Assembly (NCBI GenBank): GCA_041690355.1
Contig: JAWLHK010000004.1
Coordinates: 124,001-188,000 of the forward strand
From: a bacterium
Lineage (GTDB): Bacteria > J088 > JAWLBW01
Direction: 5' to 3'
DNA: 64,000 nucleotides
Positions within the stretch are counted from its first letter, which is position 1; every line of letters starts with the position of its first letter. The position numbers were made by a program, and so were the translations under genes. Below the pieces are notes generated by a model. It made no database searches, was not told the origin of the DNA, and saw nothing but the letters and a program-made list of their open reading frames with translations. Shown piece after piece: positions 18,138 to 26,750 of the stretch.

Positions 18138-19765
18138 CAAGCGCTCTTGAGCGACCGGTTGATCCACCACTGCTGGCCGATGGTCAGCAGGTTGTTGACG
18201 AGCCAGTATAGCACGAGACCACTGGGAAACCCCCAGAAGACGAAGGTCAGCACGACCGGCATGATCATCATGATCTGCTGCTGCGCCTTGTCCATGGTCG
18301 ACGGCGTCATCTTCTGCTGGAGGAACATCGAGCCGCCCATGAGCAGCGGCAGCAGGCGGAACGGCAATTCGAAACCGGGCAGCGGAATCGAGAACAGGTT
18401 TTCCGGCGACGACAGGTCGTTCACCCAGAGCATGAACGGCGCATGCCGCAGCTCGATGGAGTTCAGGAGCACCATGTAGAGCGCGAAGAAGACGGGGATC
18501 TGCAGCAGCATGGGCAGGCAGCCGCTGAGCGGATTCACCCCTTCTGTCTTGTAGAGCTCCATCATCTCCCGGTTGCGCCGGTCGGGATCCTTCTCGTATT
18601 TCTTCTTGATCTGCTCCAGCTTGGGCGCCACCTGCTGCATGCGCTTCATCGAGACCATGCTCTTCTTCGTGAGCGGAAAGAAGAGGATCTTGATGAAAAT
18701 CGTCAGCAGGATGATGGCCAGCCCGTAGTTGCCCAGGGCGCCGTAGAGCAGGTTGAGCAGGACGAGCAGCGGGCGCGCGAGGATATCGAAGAACCCGTAG
18801 TCGACGGATTTCTCGAGCGCCGAGCCGGCCTCGTGCAGGACGGGCATCGACTTGGGACCCAGATAGAACGTGACGCGGCCCGTCCAGGTTTCACCCGGGG
18901 CCACGACGGCGTCGGGCAGGGCGAGAAGCGCTTCGACCTGCGAGAGTTCTGCTTCGCGGCCGGCTTCGCGGACGACGACATTGGCCTGCCCCTGTTCGAG
19001 GCGCGGGATGGCGACCTTGAGAAAGTACTTGTCGTCGAAGCCCGCCCAGCGCACACCCGAGAACGAGGGTTTGTCTTCGATATCCCCTTCGTCGAGGCGC
19101 TCCACCTCGGTTCCCCGGGCGACGATCGGGCTCTGCTTCTCGTACTGGCTCATGCGGCCGTAGTCGAGCCCCTCGCGCATGGCGACGCGGGGCTGCAGCG
19201 GAAGCGCCGTGCCCGTGCGGTTCTGCGCCGTCCAGGTCAGCTCGGCGCGGTAACCGTCGATGCGCCACTGGCGCCGCTCGACGACGCCGTGGTGCACGGC
19301 GGCGAACGTCACGGCCGAAGCGCTCGAGCCCTCGACCGAGAACGCAGCGACTTCGCCGGCGGGAAACAGGGTCAGGGTCAGCGGATCGTCTGCGCCGGGC
19401 GAAACAGCCAGATCGACGGAGGGTGCGTCATCGCCCGGCGAAGTGCGGTAGGCGTCGAGCACCCAGTGGGTCAGCCCGCGATGAGTCGTGAAGGTCGCGG
19501 CGACCTGCGCCGAGGCGAGCTCGATCGCAGCTTCTTCGGATGCGGGGGCGGGGGCGGGGGCGGCCTCCGTGACGGCCGGGGGGGCCGGCGTCCGGGCCAG
19601 CGCGGTCGGCGCGGTGGCCTCCTGCGGCGCGGCTGCACCGTCGGCGCCGCCGGGCTCCTGCGCGGCGGGGGGCGCGGGCTTGGGCGGCGGCGTGATGTAC
19701 TGGTTGAAAACGAAAAAGACCACCATGCTCAGGGCGACGGCGATCAGCATCCGTTTTTCCATCAT
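18137..19765 (-). CDS. yidC: Membrane protein insertase YidC
   Basis: [47 protein letters not shown]. Confidence 0.98.
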   Translation of the reverse strand: MMEKRMLIAVALSMVVFFVFNQYITPPPKPAPPAAQEPGGADGAAAPQEATAPTALARTPAPPAVTEAAPAPAPASEEAAIELASAQVAATFTTHRGLTHWVLDAYRTSPGDDAPSVDLAVSPGADDPLTLTLFPAGEVAAFSVEGSSASAVTFAAVHHGVVERRQWRIDGYRAELTWTAQNRTGTALPLQPRVAMREGLDYGRMSQYEKQSPIVARGTEVERLDEGDIEDKPSFSGVRWAGFDDKYFLKVAIPRLEQGQANVVVREAGREAELSQVEALLALPDAVVAPGETWTGRVTFYLGPKSMPVLHEAGSALEKSVDYGFFDILARPLLVLLNLLYGALGNYGLAIILLTIFIKILFFPLTKKSMVSMKRMQQVAPKLEQIKKKYEKDPDRRNREMMELYKTEGVNPLSGCLPMLLQIPVFFALYMVLLNSIELRHAPFMLWVNDLSSPENLFSIPLPGFELPFRLLPLLMGGSMFLQQKMTPSTMDKAQQQIMMIMPVVLTFVFWGFPSGLVLYWLVNNLLTIGQQWWINRSLKSA

Positions 19766-20052
19766 GAATCCTTCCTGACGCTTGCCGGCGCCATGGGTAC
19801 CGGGTCATAGCCGCCCGGGTTCCAGGGATGGCAGCGCGCAATGCGGCGCGTGCCGAGCCAGAGGCCGCGCGCGACGCCATGGGCGGTCACGGCCTCCATC
19901 ATATAGGCCGAGCACGAGGGGTGAAACCGGCAGGTCGGCCCCTTCCACGGAGACACGACGAGCCGATACACCTTCAAGAGTCCGATGACGGCGGCCTCGA
20001 CGAGGCTGCGTACCGGCTCCACGAGGCGTCGAAGTCGCTCGCGAAATCCCAT
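19762..20052 (-). CDS. yidD: Membrane protein insertion efficiency factor YidD
   Basis: [27 protein letters not shown]; start could be GTG at 20022. Confidence 0.95.
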   Translation of the reverse strand: MGFRERLRRLVEPVRSLVEAAVIGLLKVYRLVVSPWKGPTCRFHPSCSAYMMEAVTAHGVARGLWLGTRRIARCHPWNPGGYDPVPMAPASVRKDS

Positions 20053-20333
20053 ACGGTTGCGGGGGGCGGTTTACGAGGAACGACGACCAGGTCGACAGGC
20101 CCCAGCGTGCCGGACCGGGTCCGAACATGTTCGCGGATCAGCCGTTTCCACCGGTTGCGGGCCACGGCGATCCCGATGCGACGGCTGACCACGAGGCCGA
20201 GCCGGGGGGGGGCGTCGTCGTCCCGCGGGAGGACGAACAGATCAGCGTAGGAACCGCGCACGCGCGTGCCCTCCCGGCGAACCCGCTGAAACTCCACCGC
20301 GTGGGTCAGCCGGCCCAGTCCGCGCAGGCGCAT
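19974..20333 (-). CDS. rnpA: Ribonuclease P protein component
   Basis: [34 protein letters not shown] (RNR motif). Confidence 0.92.
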   Translation of the reverse strand: MRLRGLGRLTHAVEFQRVRREGTRVRGSYADLFVLPRDDDAPPRLGLVVSRRIGIAVARNRWKRLIREHVRTRSGTLGPVDLVVVPRKPPPATVWDFASDFDASWSRYAASSRPPSSDS

Positions 20334-20341
20334 GCGGACAA

Positions 20342-20497
20342 TTACTTCTTGTAGCCGACCGGCGCAAGACGCTTGCGACCCTTGGCGCGGCGGCGCTTGA
20401 GGATCAGGCGGCCGTTGTGGGTCGAATTACGCGTGCGGAAACCGTGCGTGCGGAGCCGCCGGGTTTCGTGCGGCTGAAAAGTGCGCTTGCTGCTCAT
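20342..20497 (-). CDS. rpmH: 50S ribosomal protein L34 (not in ORF track)
   Basis: Manual translation [51 protein letters not shown]. Confidence 0.97.
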   Translation of the reverse strand: MSSKRTFQPHETRRLRTHGFRTRNSTHNGRLILKRRRAKGRKRLAPVGYKK

Positions 20498-20587
20498 GAT
20501 TCACTCCAGAGTCGTAGCCTGTTCGGGCATCGGTCGGGCGCACTCAGGGTTGCCGAGGGCCATCCGGGATCGACAGGGAAAACAAAA

Positions 20588-20617
20588 ATTTTACCGTTCC
20601 CGCCTTCCCCCTGTCAA
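20588..20617 (-). promoter_or_regulatory. Sigma70-type promoter of the rpmH operon
   Basis: TTGACA-N18-TAAAAT on the minus strand. Confidence 0.75.
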
Positions 20618-20629
20618 GCCGCCTGCCGG

Positions 20630-20794
20630 TCGTCACTCGTCAGTCGCCGTTCCCGAAGCGCCAAGCGGCGAGCGCCAAGCACTGAGCACCGAGGAAACAT
20701 GAATCCGAGGATTGGCTCTTGTGCCCCTGCCGGAATTCGTCAATCGTGAATCGTCACTTGCCTCAATCGTCAATCGTAAATCGTCAATCGTCAA
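20630..20794. repeat. Composite heptamer-array element (CCAAGC-type array, TGCCCCTGCCGG, TCGTCAA array)
   Basis: CGAAGCG CCAAGCG GCGAGCG CCAAGCA CTGAGCA (20654-20688); about 7 TCGTCAA-type units (20737-20794). Confidence 0.8.
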
Positions 20795-20835
20795 TTCCCT
20801 TGACCGCCTCGCGTAAACCATGCTACGGATGGAGG

Positions 20836-21177
20836 ATGTCTCGCTTCTGTCTGGAACGGCTTCGGCTGCGGATGCTCCGCTCGCGCCTTGAGGACGCCCT
20901 GCAGCGCCTGGGCCGGCAGGGCCGGCCCGTGGCCGAGGCGCTCGAGCCCGCGCCCGAACTGGCGGCGGATCTTGCGGAGGTGCGCACCCTGCTGCGTCTG
21001 GACAATCCGCGGACGGCCGAGGCGGCCTATGATCGCTTCTGCGCCGATCTAGTGCTCGCCGCGCGCGGTGCCGAGGGGCTTCCCGGCGCCGCCCTCGCGG
21101 CCGATGGCTTCGCGGCAGACGGGGACGGGCCGGGCGCTGACGGCGGCGGCGCTCCTGAAACGCAGCCGGGACTGTAA
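20836..21177 (+). CDS. Hypothetical protein
   Basis: ORF MSRFCLERLRL... with GC3-rich codons; no recognisable motif; start uncertain. Confidence 0.45.
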   Translation: MSRFCLERLRLRMLRSRLEDALQRLGRQGRPVAEALEPAPELAADLAEVRTLLRLDNPRTAEAAYDRFCADLVLAARGAEGLPGAALAADGFAADGDGPGADGGGAPETQPGL

Positions 21178-21314
21178 TTCCGCCTTCCATTCCGCCGCCA
21201 ACGGGTGCTCCGCGCGGCCGGAATGCCCGCACGCCGGAACACCCGCACGGAGAGAGGGCGGGTGCAAGCAGCCGCGCCTCGGGTTCCGCGCTGCCGACGT
21301 GGCCGCGGTCGACT

Positions 21315-22250
21315 TCAGCGGGAAGAGATCGCGCGGAAGGAGTCGAGGGTGACCGCCAGGCCGTCGGCCAGCGAGGTCGCCGGACGCCATCCGCACTCCG
21401 CTTCCAGGCGCACGGGCCCGATGCAACTGCGCTGCTGTTCGCCGGCGCGGGCCTCGGCATGGGCCGCCGGCAGGTCGACCCCGAGCACGCGCGTCATCGC
21501 CTCGTAGAGCGCATTGACGCTCGTTTCGATGCCCGTCCCTACGTTGTAGGCGCCCCGGGCCTCGTCGCGCAGAGCGAGCACGTTGGCCTCGACGACGTCG
21601 CCGACGTAGACGTAGTCGCGGGTCTGGTTTCCATCCCCGAAGATCGTGCAGGCCTGGCCGGCCAGCAGCCGATTGCCGAAGATGGCCACGACGCCCGCTT
21701 CGCCGTGCGGATCCTGGCGGGGGCCGTAGACGTTGCTGTAGCGCAGGAGCACGCCGCGCGGGCCGCCCAGCTGCTCCATGTACTGAATGTACTTCTCGGC
21801 GGTGAGTTTGTTGATGCCGTAGGGGGAACAGGGGTCGGTCGGATGGGTTTCATCCGCCGGAAAACGGACCTGTTCGCCGTAGGCCGCCCCGCCCGAAGAG
21901 GCGAAGACGAACCGCCCCGTGCCCGTCCGGCGCGCGTGCTCGAGCAGGTTGAGCGTGCCGAGGACGTTCACCTGGATGTCGAAGCGCGGGTCGGACACCG
22001 AGCGGCGCACATCGATCTGGGCGGCATGGTGGCTGACGACGTCGGGGCGGAAACGATCAAAAATTCCGCCCATGCTCTCACCGAGAATATCGGCCTCGAC
22101 GAACTCGGCCCCGGCCGGCAGATTCTCGCGACGGCCGCTCGAGAGGTTGTCGACGATGAGCACCGTATGGCCGAGCGCCACATAGCGCTCTGCAACGTGG
22201 GAGCCGATGAAGCCGGCTCCACCGGTCACGAGGATGCGCTTCCCGGCCAT
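21315..22250 (-). CDS. NAD-dependent epimerase (UDP-glucose/UDP-hexNAc 4-epimerase-like SDR)
   Basis: GGAGFIGSH, DNLSSG, SSGGAAYG, YGINK, YSNVYGPRQDPHGEAGVV, RDYVYV. Confidence 0.92.
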   Translation of the reverse strand: MAGKRILVTGGAGFIGSHVAERYVALGHTVLIVDNLSSGRRENLPAGAEFVEADILGESMGGIFDRFRPDVVSHHAAQIDVRRSVSDPRFDIQVNVLGTLNLLEHARRTGTGRFVFASSGGAAYGEQVRFPADETHPTDPCSPYGINKLTAEKYIQYMEQLGGPRGVLLRYSNVYGPRQDPHGEAGVVAIFGNRLLAGQACTIFGDGNQTRDYVYVGDVVEANVLALRDEARGAYNVGTGIETSVNALYEAMTRVLGVDLPAAHAEARAGEQQRSCIGPVRLEAECGWRPATSLADGLAVTLDSFRAISSR

Positions 22251-22257
22251 CCTGCGC

Positions 22258-23562
22258 CTAGAGCCTCACCACGTTCAGGCCGGCGTGGCCGCGCGTGGCA
22301 TTGCGGGTGTCGACGATGAGGCGGGCCTCCTGGGCGACGCGGCTAAAGTCGAACGCGCGGTGGTCGGTGACGATGACGACGCAGTCGTACTCCGCCAGGC
22401 GCCCTTCCCAGGGGACGCTCGCCAGATCGATCCCCTCTTCGTGCAGATCGGGCACATAGGGATCGGAGTAGGCGACGTTGGCCCCCCGTTCCTGAAGCAG
22501 TTTGATGACGTCGAGGGCCGGGCTTTCGCGCACGTCGCTGATGTCTTTCTTGTAGGCCGCCCCCAGAACGAGCACATTGCTGCCGCGCACGCTGCGTTCG
22601 ACGGAGTTCAGCGCGTCGGTGACCTTCTGCACGACGTAGTTGGGCATGGCCGTGTTGATCTCGCTGGCCAGCTCGATGAACCGTGCGTTGTAGTTCACGC
22701 TCTTCAGCTTCCACGCCAGATAGTGCGGATCGATGGGAATGCAGTGCCCCCCCAGCCCCGGCCCCGGATAGAAGGGCATGTAGCCGAACGGCTTCGTCGA
22801 GGCGGCCTCGATGACTTCCCAGACGTCGATCTTGAGCTTGTCGCAGATGATGGCCAGCTCGTTGACGAGGCCGATGTTGATGGCCCGGAAGGTATTTTCG
22901 AGAATCTTGACCATCTCGGCGGCGCGTGTCGAGCTGACCGGAACGACCTGGTCAATCGTCGTGCGGTAGAGCGCGCCGGCGACCTCGAGGCAGGCCGGCG
23001 TCGTGCCGCCGACCACCTTGGGGGTGTTCTTGGTCTGAAAGCGGGGGTTGCCCGGATCGACGCGTTCGGGGCTGAAGGCGAGAAAGTAGTCTTCGCCCAC
23101 CTTGAGCCCGGTCTCGGCCAGGGCCGGTTGCATGAGCTCATCGGTCGTGCCGGGATAAGTCGTGCTCTCGAGTACGATGAGTACGCCCTTGTGCAGATAC
23201 TTCCTGACCTGCTCGGTGGCGCTGATGATATAGGAGACGTCCGGGTCGCGGGTCTTGCGCAGCGGCGTGGGCACGCAGATGCTGACGGCGTCGCTGTCGG
23301 TCAGGCGCGCGAAGTCGTCGGTCGCTTCGAAGTGGCCGCTCTTCACGACCTCGGCAAGATGCTCGGTCTTGACGTCGCCGATGTAGCTCTCGCCGCGATT
23401 GACCTGGGCGACGCGACCCTTGGATACGTCGAACCCGAGAACCTTGAAGCCGGCTTTGGCGAACTCGACCGCCAGGGGCAGCCCGACGTACCCGAGGCCG
23501 ATGATGCCGACCCGGGCCGAACGGTTTTCGATGCGTTGCAGCAGCTGCGCCTTGTAATCCAT
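22258..23562 (-). CDS. Nucleotide-sugar 6-dehydrogenase (UDP-GlcNAc dehydrogenase, WbpA-like)
   Basis: GLGYVGLP, CVPTPL, ESTTYPGTT, SPERVDPGN, GPGLGGHCIPIDP; start MDYKAQ. Confidence 0.93.
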   Translation of the reverse strand: MDYKAQLLQRIENRSARVGIIGLGYVGLPLAVEFAKAGFKVLGFDVSKGRVAQVNRGESYIGDVKTEHLAEVVKSGHFEATDDFARLTDSDAVSICVPTPLRKTRDPDVSYIISATEQVRKYLHKGVLIVLESTTYPGTTDELMQPALAETGLKVGEDYFLAFSPERVDPGNPRFQTKNTPKVVGGTTPACLEVAGALYRTTIDQVVPVSSTRAAEMVKILENTFRAINIGLVNELAIICDKLKIDVWEVIEAASTKPFGYMPFYPGPGLGGHCIPIDPHYLAWKLKSVNYNARFIELASEINTAMPNYVVQKVTDALNSVERSVRGSNVLVLGAAYKKDISDVRESPALDVIKLLQERGANVAYSDPYVPDLHEEGIDLASVPWEGRLAEYDCVVIVTDHRAFDFSRVAQEARLIVDTRNATRGHAGLNVVRL

Positions 23563-23625
23563 AGGGAAGCTCTCCAGGCTGCCCGCCGCATGCTTCGCGC
23601 GCGGACAGAAAAAGAATATCAGTCC

Positions 23626-23655
23626 ATTGTAGTGACCCCTCTCCCGGCGCGTCAA
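23626..23655 (-). promoter_or_regulatory. Sigma70-type promoter
   Basis: TTGACG-N18-TACAAT on the minus strand. Confidence 0.65.
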
Positions 23656-23708
23656 GCCGGGGACCCACGCCCGGCAGAGGGCTCAGGGGCGCGAAGGCAG
23701 CGGAACTT

Positions 23709-23737
23709 TTGAAGTTTTTCGGGCGGCTTGCTATGAT
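23709..23737 (+). promoter_or_regulatory. Sigma70-type promoter (extended -10), probably leaderless transcript
   Basis: TTGAAG-N17-TATGAT with TG extension; ATG 7 nt downstream. Confidence 0.65.
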
Positions 23738-23744
23738 GGCCCCC

Positions 23745-25439
23745 ATGATCCACAAGTCCGCGATACGGGGGCTCGCCGTGCTGCTGGTCGCTTCTGCGCT
23801 GAGCGCCTGCAGCCTGTTTCAACGGACCGAAGACCCCGTCGCCCGCCGCGCCGACGCCGTCGAGCTGACCCGCGAAGGGTTGTACGCGCTGCAGTCGAAG
23901 GGAGACCTCGATACGGCCGAGAGCCGCTTCCAGGCCGCCATTGAAGCCGACCCGCAGTATGCGGATGCGTATATCAATCTCTCTTTCGTCCTTCAGCAGC
24001 GGGGTAAGCCGCGGGATGCGCTTCAGGCGCTGAAATCGGCCGTGCGTCTTGCGCCGCGCAGTGCCGCCGCCTTCAACAACCTGGGCGTGCTCTACGATCG
24101 CGCCGGACAGCCCGGGCTCGCCGTCAACGCCTTCAAGAAGGCGCTCGAACTCAACCCCGCGCTCCCCGATCTGCGGCTGAACCTGGCCGTCGCCTACGGC
24201 AACCTGCAGCGCTACGATCTTTCGGCCACAACCTTTCTTCAGCTCGTGCGCGAGCAGCCGCAGAACGTCGAGGCCTACGCCGGTCTGGGCGCGGTCTATA
24301 CGCGCAGCGGCCAGTTCGATTCGGCCGCGGCGGTCTATGAAGACGGATTGCAGATCGCCCCGCAGTCTCCGGAGCTGCTCGGCGGCCTCGCCGTCGTGCG
24401 CGACATGGCGGGCGACCCGACTTCGGCCGTCGACGCCTACGACCGCGCGCTCGCCCTGGCCCCCGAGGCCAGCGACCTTCTCGCCGCGCGGGGCGCCCTC
24501 GCCCTGCGCCTCGGCGAATACCGCGACGCGGCGGCGCTGTTCGGTCGGGTAAGCGCCGTCGAATGGGGCCGGCGCCGGCGCAGCGAAACCTTCGATCGCA
24601 AAGGGCTTGCCGAGGCGATGTTCAACCTCGGCGACATCCGCAGCAACTTCGGCCTGTATAACCAGGCGGCGCGGGACTACGCCTACGCCGTCACGCTCGA
24701 CCCGGCGCTTCGCGACCGCGAACGCATCACCGACCCCGACGCCCATTTCGCGCTCGGCGTCGTCTACCAGGAAGCGGGCTACCTGACCCAGGCCGCGGCG
24801 GAGTACGAACGGGTGCTCGCGCGCGACGCCGAATACTGGGCGGCCTGGCGCAACCTGGGCGAAGTACGGTACGAGCAGGGTAACCTTGCGCCGACGGCCC
24901 GACGCGCGGCCTGGTACGAAAAAGCGGCCGAAGCCTACGGCAAGGCGCTGCAGCTGCGGCGCAACGACGCCCGCACCCATTACGACATGGGGCTGCTCTA
25001 CTACCGCCAGGCGAACCTGGAGGAGGAGTACCGCAAGAAGGGCAAGTACCGCCTCGCGGCCCTCGGCTTTCAGAATGCCCTTCCCGAGATGGAACGCGTG
25101 CCCGAGCTGCACCTGAATCTAGGGATCGTGTTCGACCGCCTCGAGCAGTATCCCGAGGCGGCCTCGAGCTATGCGCGCGCGGCCACCCTTGCGCCCGATC
25201 ACCCGGTCGCCTGGTTTCTCGGCGGCCTCGCCGAACGCAAGGCGCAACGCTACGGGCGCGCCGTACCCCTGCTCGAAAAAGCGGCCGCCCTGGACCCCGG
25301 CAATCAGGATCCGCTCTACGCGCTGGCCATCCTCTACGAGGAAATGAAGGAAGCCGAGCGGGCCCGCGAATATTACGCGCGGGCCGCGGCGGCCGGCGGC
25401 CGTGGCTTTGCGACCCCCGTCACGTCGCTCATCCGCTGA
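23745..25439 (+). CDS. Multi-TPR lipoprotein
   Basis: Lipobox LSAC; many TPRs (AFNNLGVLY, AHFALGVVY, AWRNLG, HLNLGIVF). Confidence 0.85.
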   Translation: MIHKSAIRGLAVLLVASALSACSLFQRTEDPVARRADAVELTREGLYALQSKGDLDTAESRFQAAIEADPQYADAYINLSFVLQQRGKPRDALQALKSAVRLAPRSAAAFNNLGVLYDRAGQPGLAVNAFKKALELNPALPDLRLNLAVAYGNLQRYDLSATTFLQLVREQPQNVEAYAGLGAVYTRSGQFDSAAAVYEDGLQIAPQSPELLGGLAVVRDMAGDPTSAVDAYDRALALAPEASDLLAARGALALRLGEYRDAAALFGRVSAVEWGRRRRSETFDRKGLAEAMFNLGDIRSNFGLYNQAARDYAYAVTLDPALRDRERITDPDAHFALGVVYQEAGYLTQAAAEYERVLARDAEYWAAWRNLGEVRYEQGNLAPTARRAAWYEKAAEAYGKALQLRRNDARTHYDMGLLYYRQANLEEEYRKKGKYRLAALGFQNALPEMERVPELHLNLGIVFDRLEQYPEAASSYARAATLAPDHPVAWFLGGLAERKAQRYGRAVPLLEKAAALDPGNQDPLYALAILYEEMKEAERAREYYARAAAAGGRGFATPVTSLIR

Positions 25440-25640
25440 CCGCTTCGGCCATCGATCAACGTCGCCCGCTTTCTTCCGACCCACCTCGGCATGCGCGCGG
25501 CCCTGCAGTACACTGAGGCAGGCGCGGCAGCGCGTGCTGGGCTTCGCCTTGTTGACGCGCCGCGGCGTGGCGGCCCGTCCAGTCGCCTGCTACAGTGAAA
25601 GCCTTCTCCCCCTGAAATGGTTTTCTCGTAACGATTTCCG

Positions 25641-26534
25641 ATGCTTCGCTCCACATTCCTCAAGTTGATTCTCGCGCTGGCCCTCCTCCCCCTCCTTGCG
25701 CCCGCCGCAGCCGATGCGCGGGGCCCCCGCAAGCCCCTGCCCGACCTCGAAGATACGGCGCGGGCCTATCTGCTCGTCGATTCGACCTCGGGCGAGGTCC
25801 TCAAGGCGCACAACGCCCAGGAGGCGCTGGTGCCCGCGAGTCTGACCAAGGTCATGACGCTGCGCCTCGTGTTCAGCGCACTGGCGCGCGGCGAGCTCAG
25901 CCGCGACGAGAACGTCAGCGTCTCGAAGCGTGCGTGGGGGGCGCGCGCCCCCATCCGCGGAACGTCGATGATGTTCCTGCAGCCGGGAAAACCGGTCACG
26001 GTCGATCAGCTCATCGAGGGGATTGCCGTGGCTTCGGCGAACGACGCCGCCGTGGCCCTCGCCGAGCGTATCGCGGGCAGCCATGAAAAGTTCGTCGCCA
26101 TGATGAACGCCGAGGCCCTGCGGCTCGGCTTGCCCACGGCAAAGTTTCACGACGCCCACGGCCTGTCGCCGAAGAACCGTATCTCGGCGGCCGACATGGC
26201 GCGCCTCGCGATGTCGGTCCTGCGCGACTATCCGCAGTATCTGGACTACGCATCCCGCGAGTGGATGTCGTACAACAACATCCGCCAGCGCAACACGATG
26301 CGGCTGCTCGGCCGGCTCGAAGGGGTCGACGGGCTCAAGACCGGCTATCTCTCGACCACCGGCTACAACGTCGTGGTCACGGCCAAGCGCGGCGATCGCC
26401 GCCTGGTGGCCGTCGTGCTCGGCACCCCGCGCCGCGTCGCCGGACGCCGCGGCGGACGCGTACGCGACATGCTCGCCGCCGAGCTGCTGACCGCCGGCTT
26501 CGAGACCACCGTCGCCCATCACGAGCCCCTCTGA
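25641..26534 (+). CDS. D-alanyl-D-alanine carboxypeptidase (peptidase S11)
   Basis: Signal peptide; SxxK (PASLTK), SxN (SANDA), KTG (GLKTGY). Confidence 0.93.
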   Translation: MLRSTFLKLILALALLPLLAPAAADARGPRKPLPDLEDTARAYLLVDSTSGEVLKAHNAQEALVPASLTKVMTLRLVFSALARGELSRDENVSVSKRAWGARAPIRGTSMMFLQPGKPVTVDQLIEGIAVASANDAAVALAERIAGSHEKFVAMMNAEALRLGLPTAKFHDAHGLSPKNRISAADMARLAMSVLRDYPQYLDYASREWMSYNNIRQRNTMRLLGRLEGVDGLKTGYLSTTGYNVVVTAKRGDRRLVAVVLGTPRRVAGRRGGRVRDMLAAELLTAGFETTVAHHEPL

Positions 26535-26536
26535 CC

Positions 26537-26648
26537 GATTGACGATTTACAATTGACGATTGACGATCGGCCGGCAAGGGCATGATTCCGCTTAGCCCGG
26601 CGAGCAGGTTATCCGTCAAGGCTTGGTGCCCGGTGCCTGGCGCTCGGA
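26537..26648. repeat. Composite heptamer-array element, inverted relative to 20654-20794
   Basis: GATTGAC GATTTAC AATTGAC GATTGAC; CCGGCAAGGGCA; GCTTGGT GCCCGGT GCCTGGC GCTCGGA. Confidence 0.75.
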
Positions 26649-26652
26649 TCGT

Positions 26653-26696
26653 TTGCGCTCTGGAACCGAAGCGACTAGAATGCTAAGTTGCTGATT
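26653..26696 (+). promoter_or_regulatory. Sigma70-type promoter with adjacent IHF-like site
   Basis: TTGCGC-N17-TAGAAT; TAAGTTGCTGATT at 26684-26696 (reverse complement fits WATCARNNNNTTR). Confidence 0.55.
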
Positions 26697-26750
26697 TTCA
26701 GCGCTTGTGTCCGCTCAGGGCCAAGCGGATTTCTGCCGGAGGCACCCGCC

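Noticed and set aside
20498..20835. Replication origin next to rpmH
   Set aside because: No dnaA, no DnaA boxes noticed and no AT-rich unwinding element; GC skew could not be computed
21218..21249. 16-bp imperfect direct repeat CCGGAA(TG/CA)CCCGCACG between convergent genes
   Set aside because: Only two units, with no other copy noticed; probably a local duplication
6294..26648. Repeat arrays as CRISPR
   Set aside because: Units are 7-8 nt with no unique spacers, and no cas genes were seen
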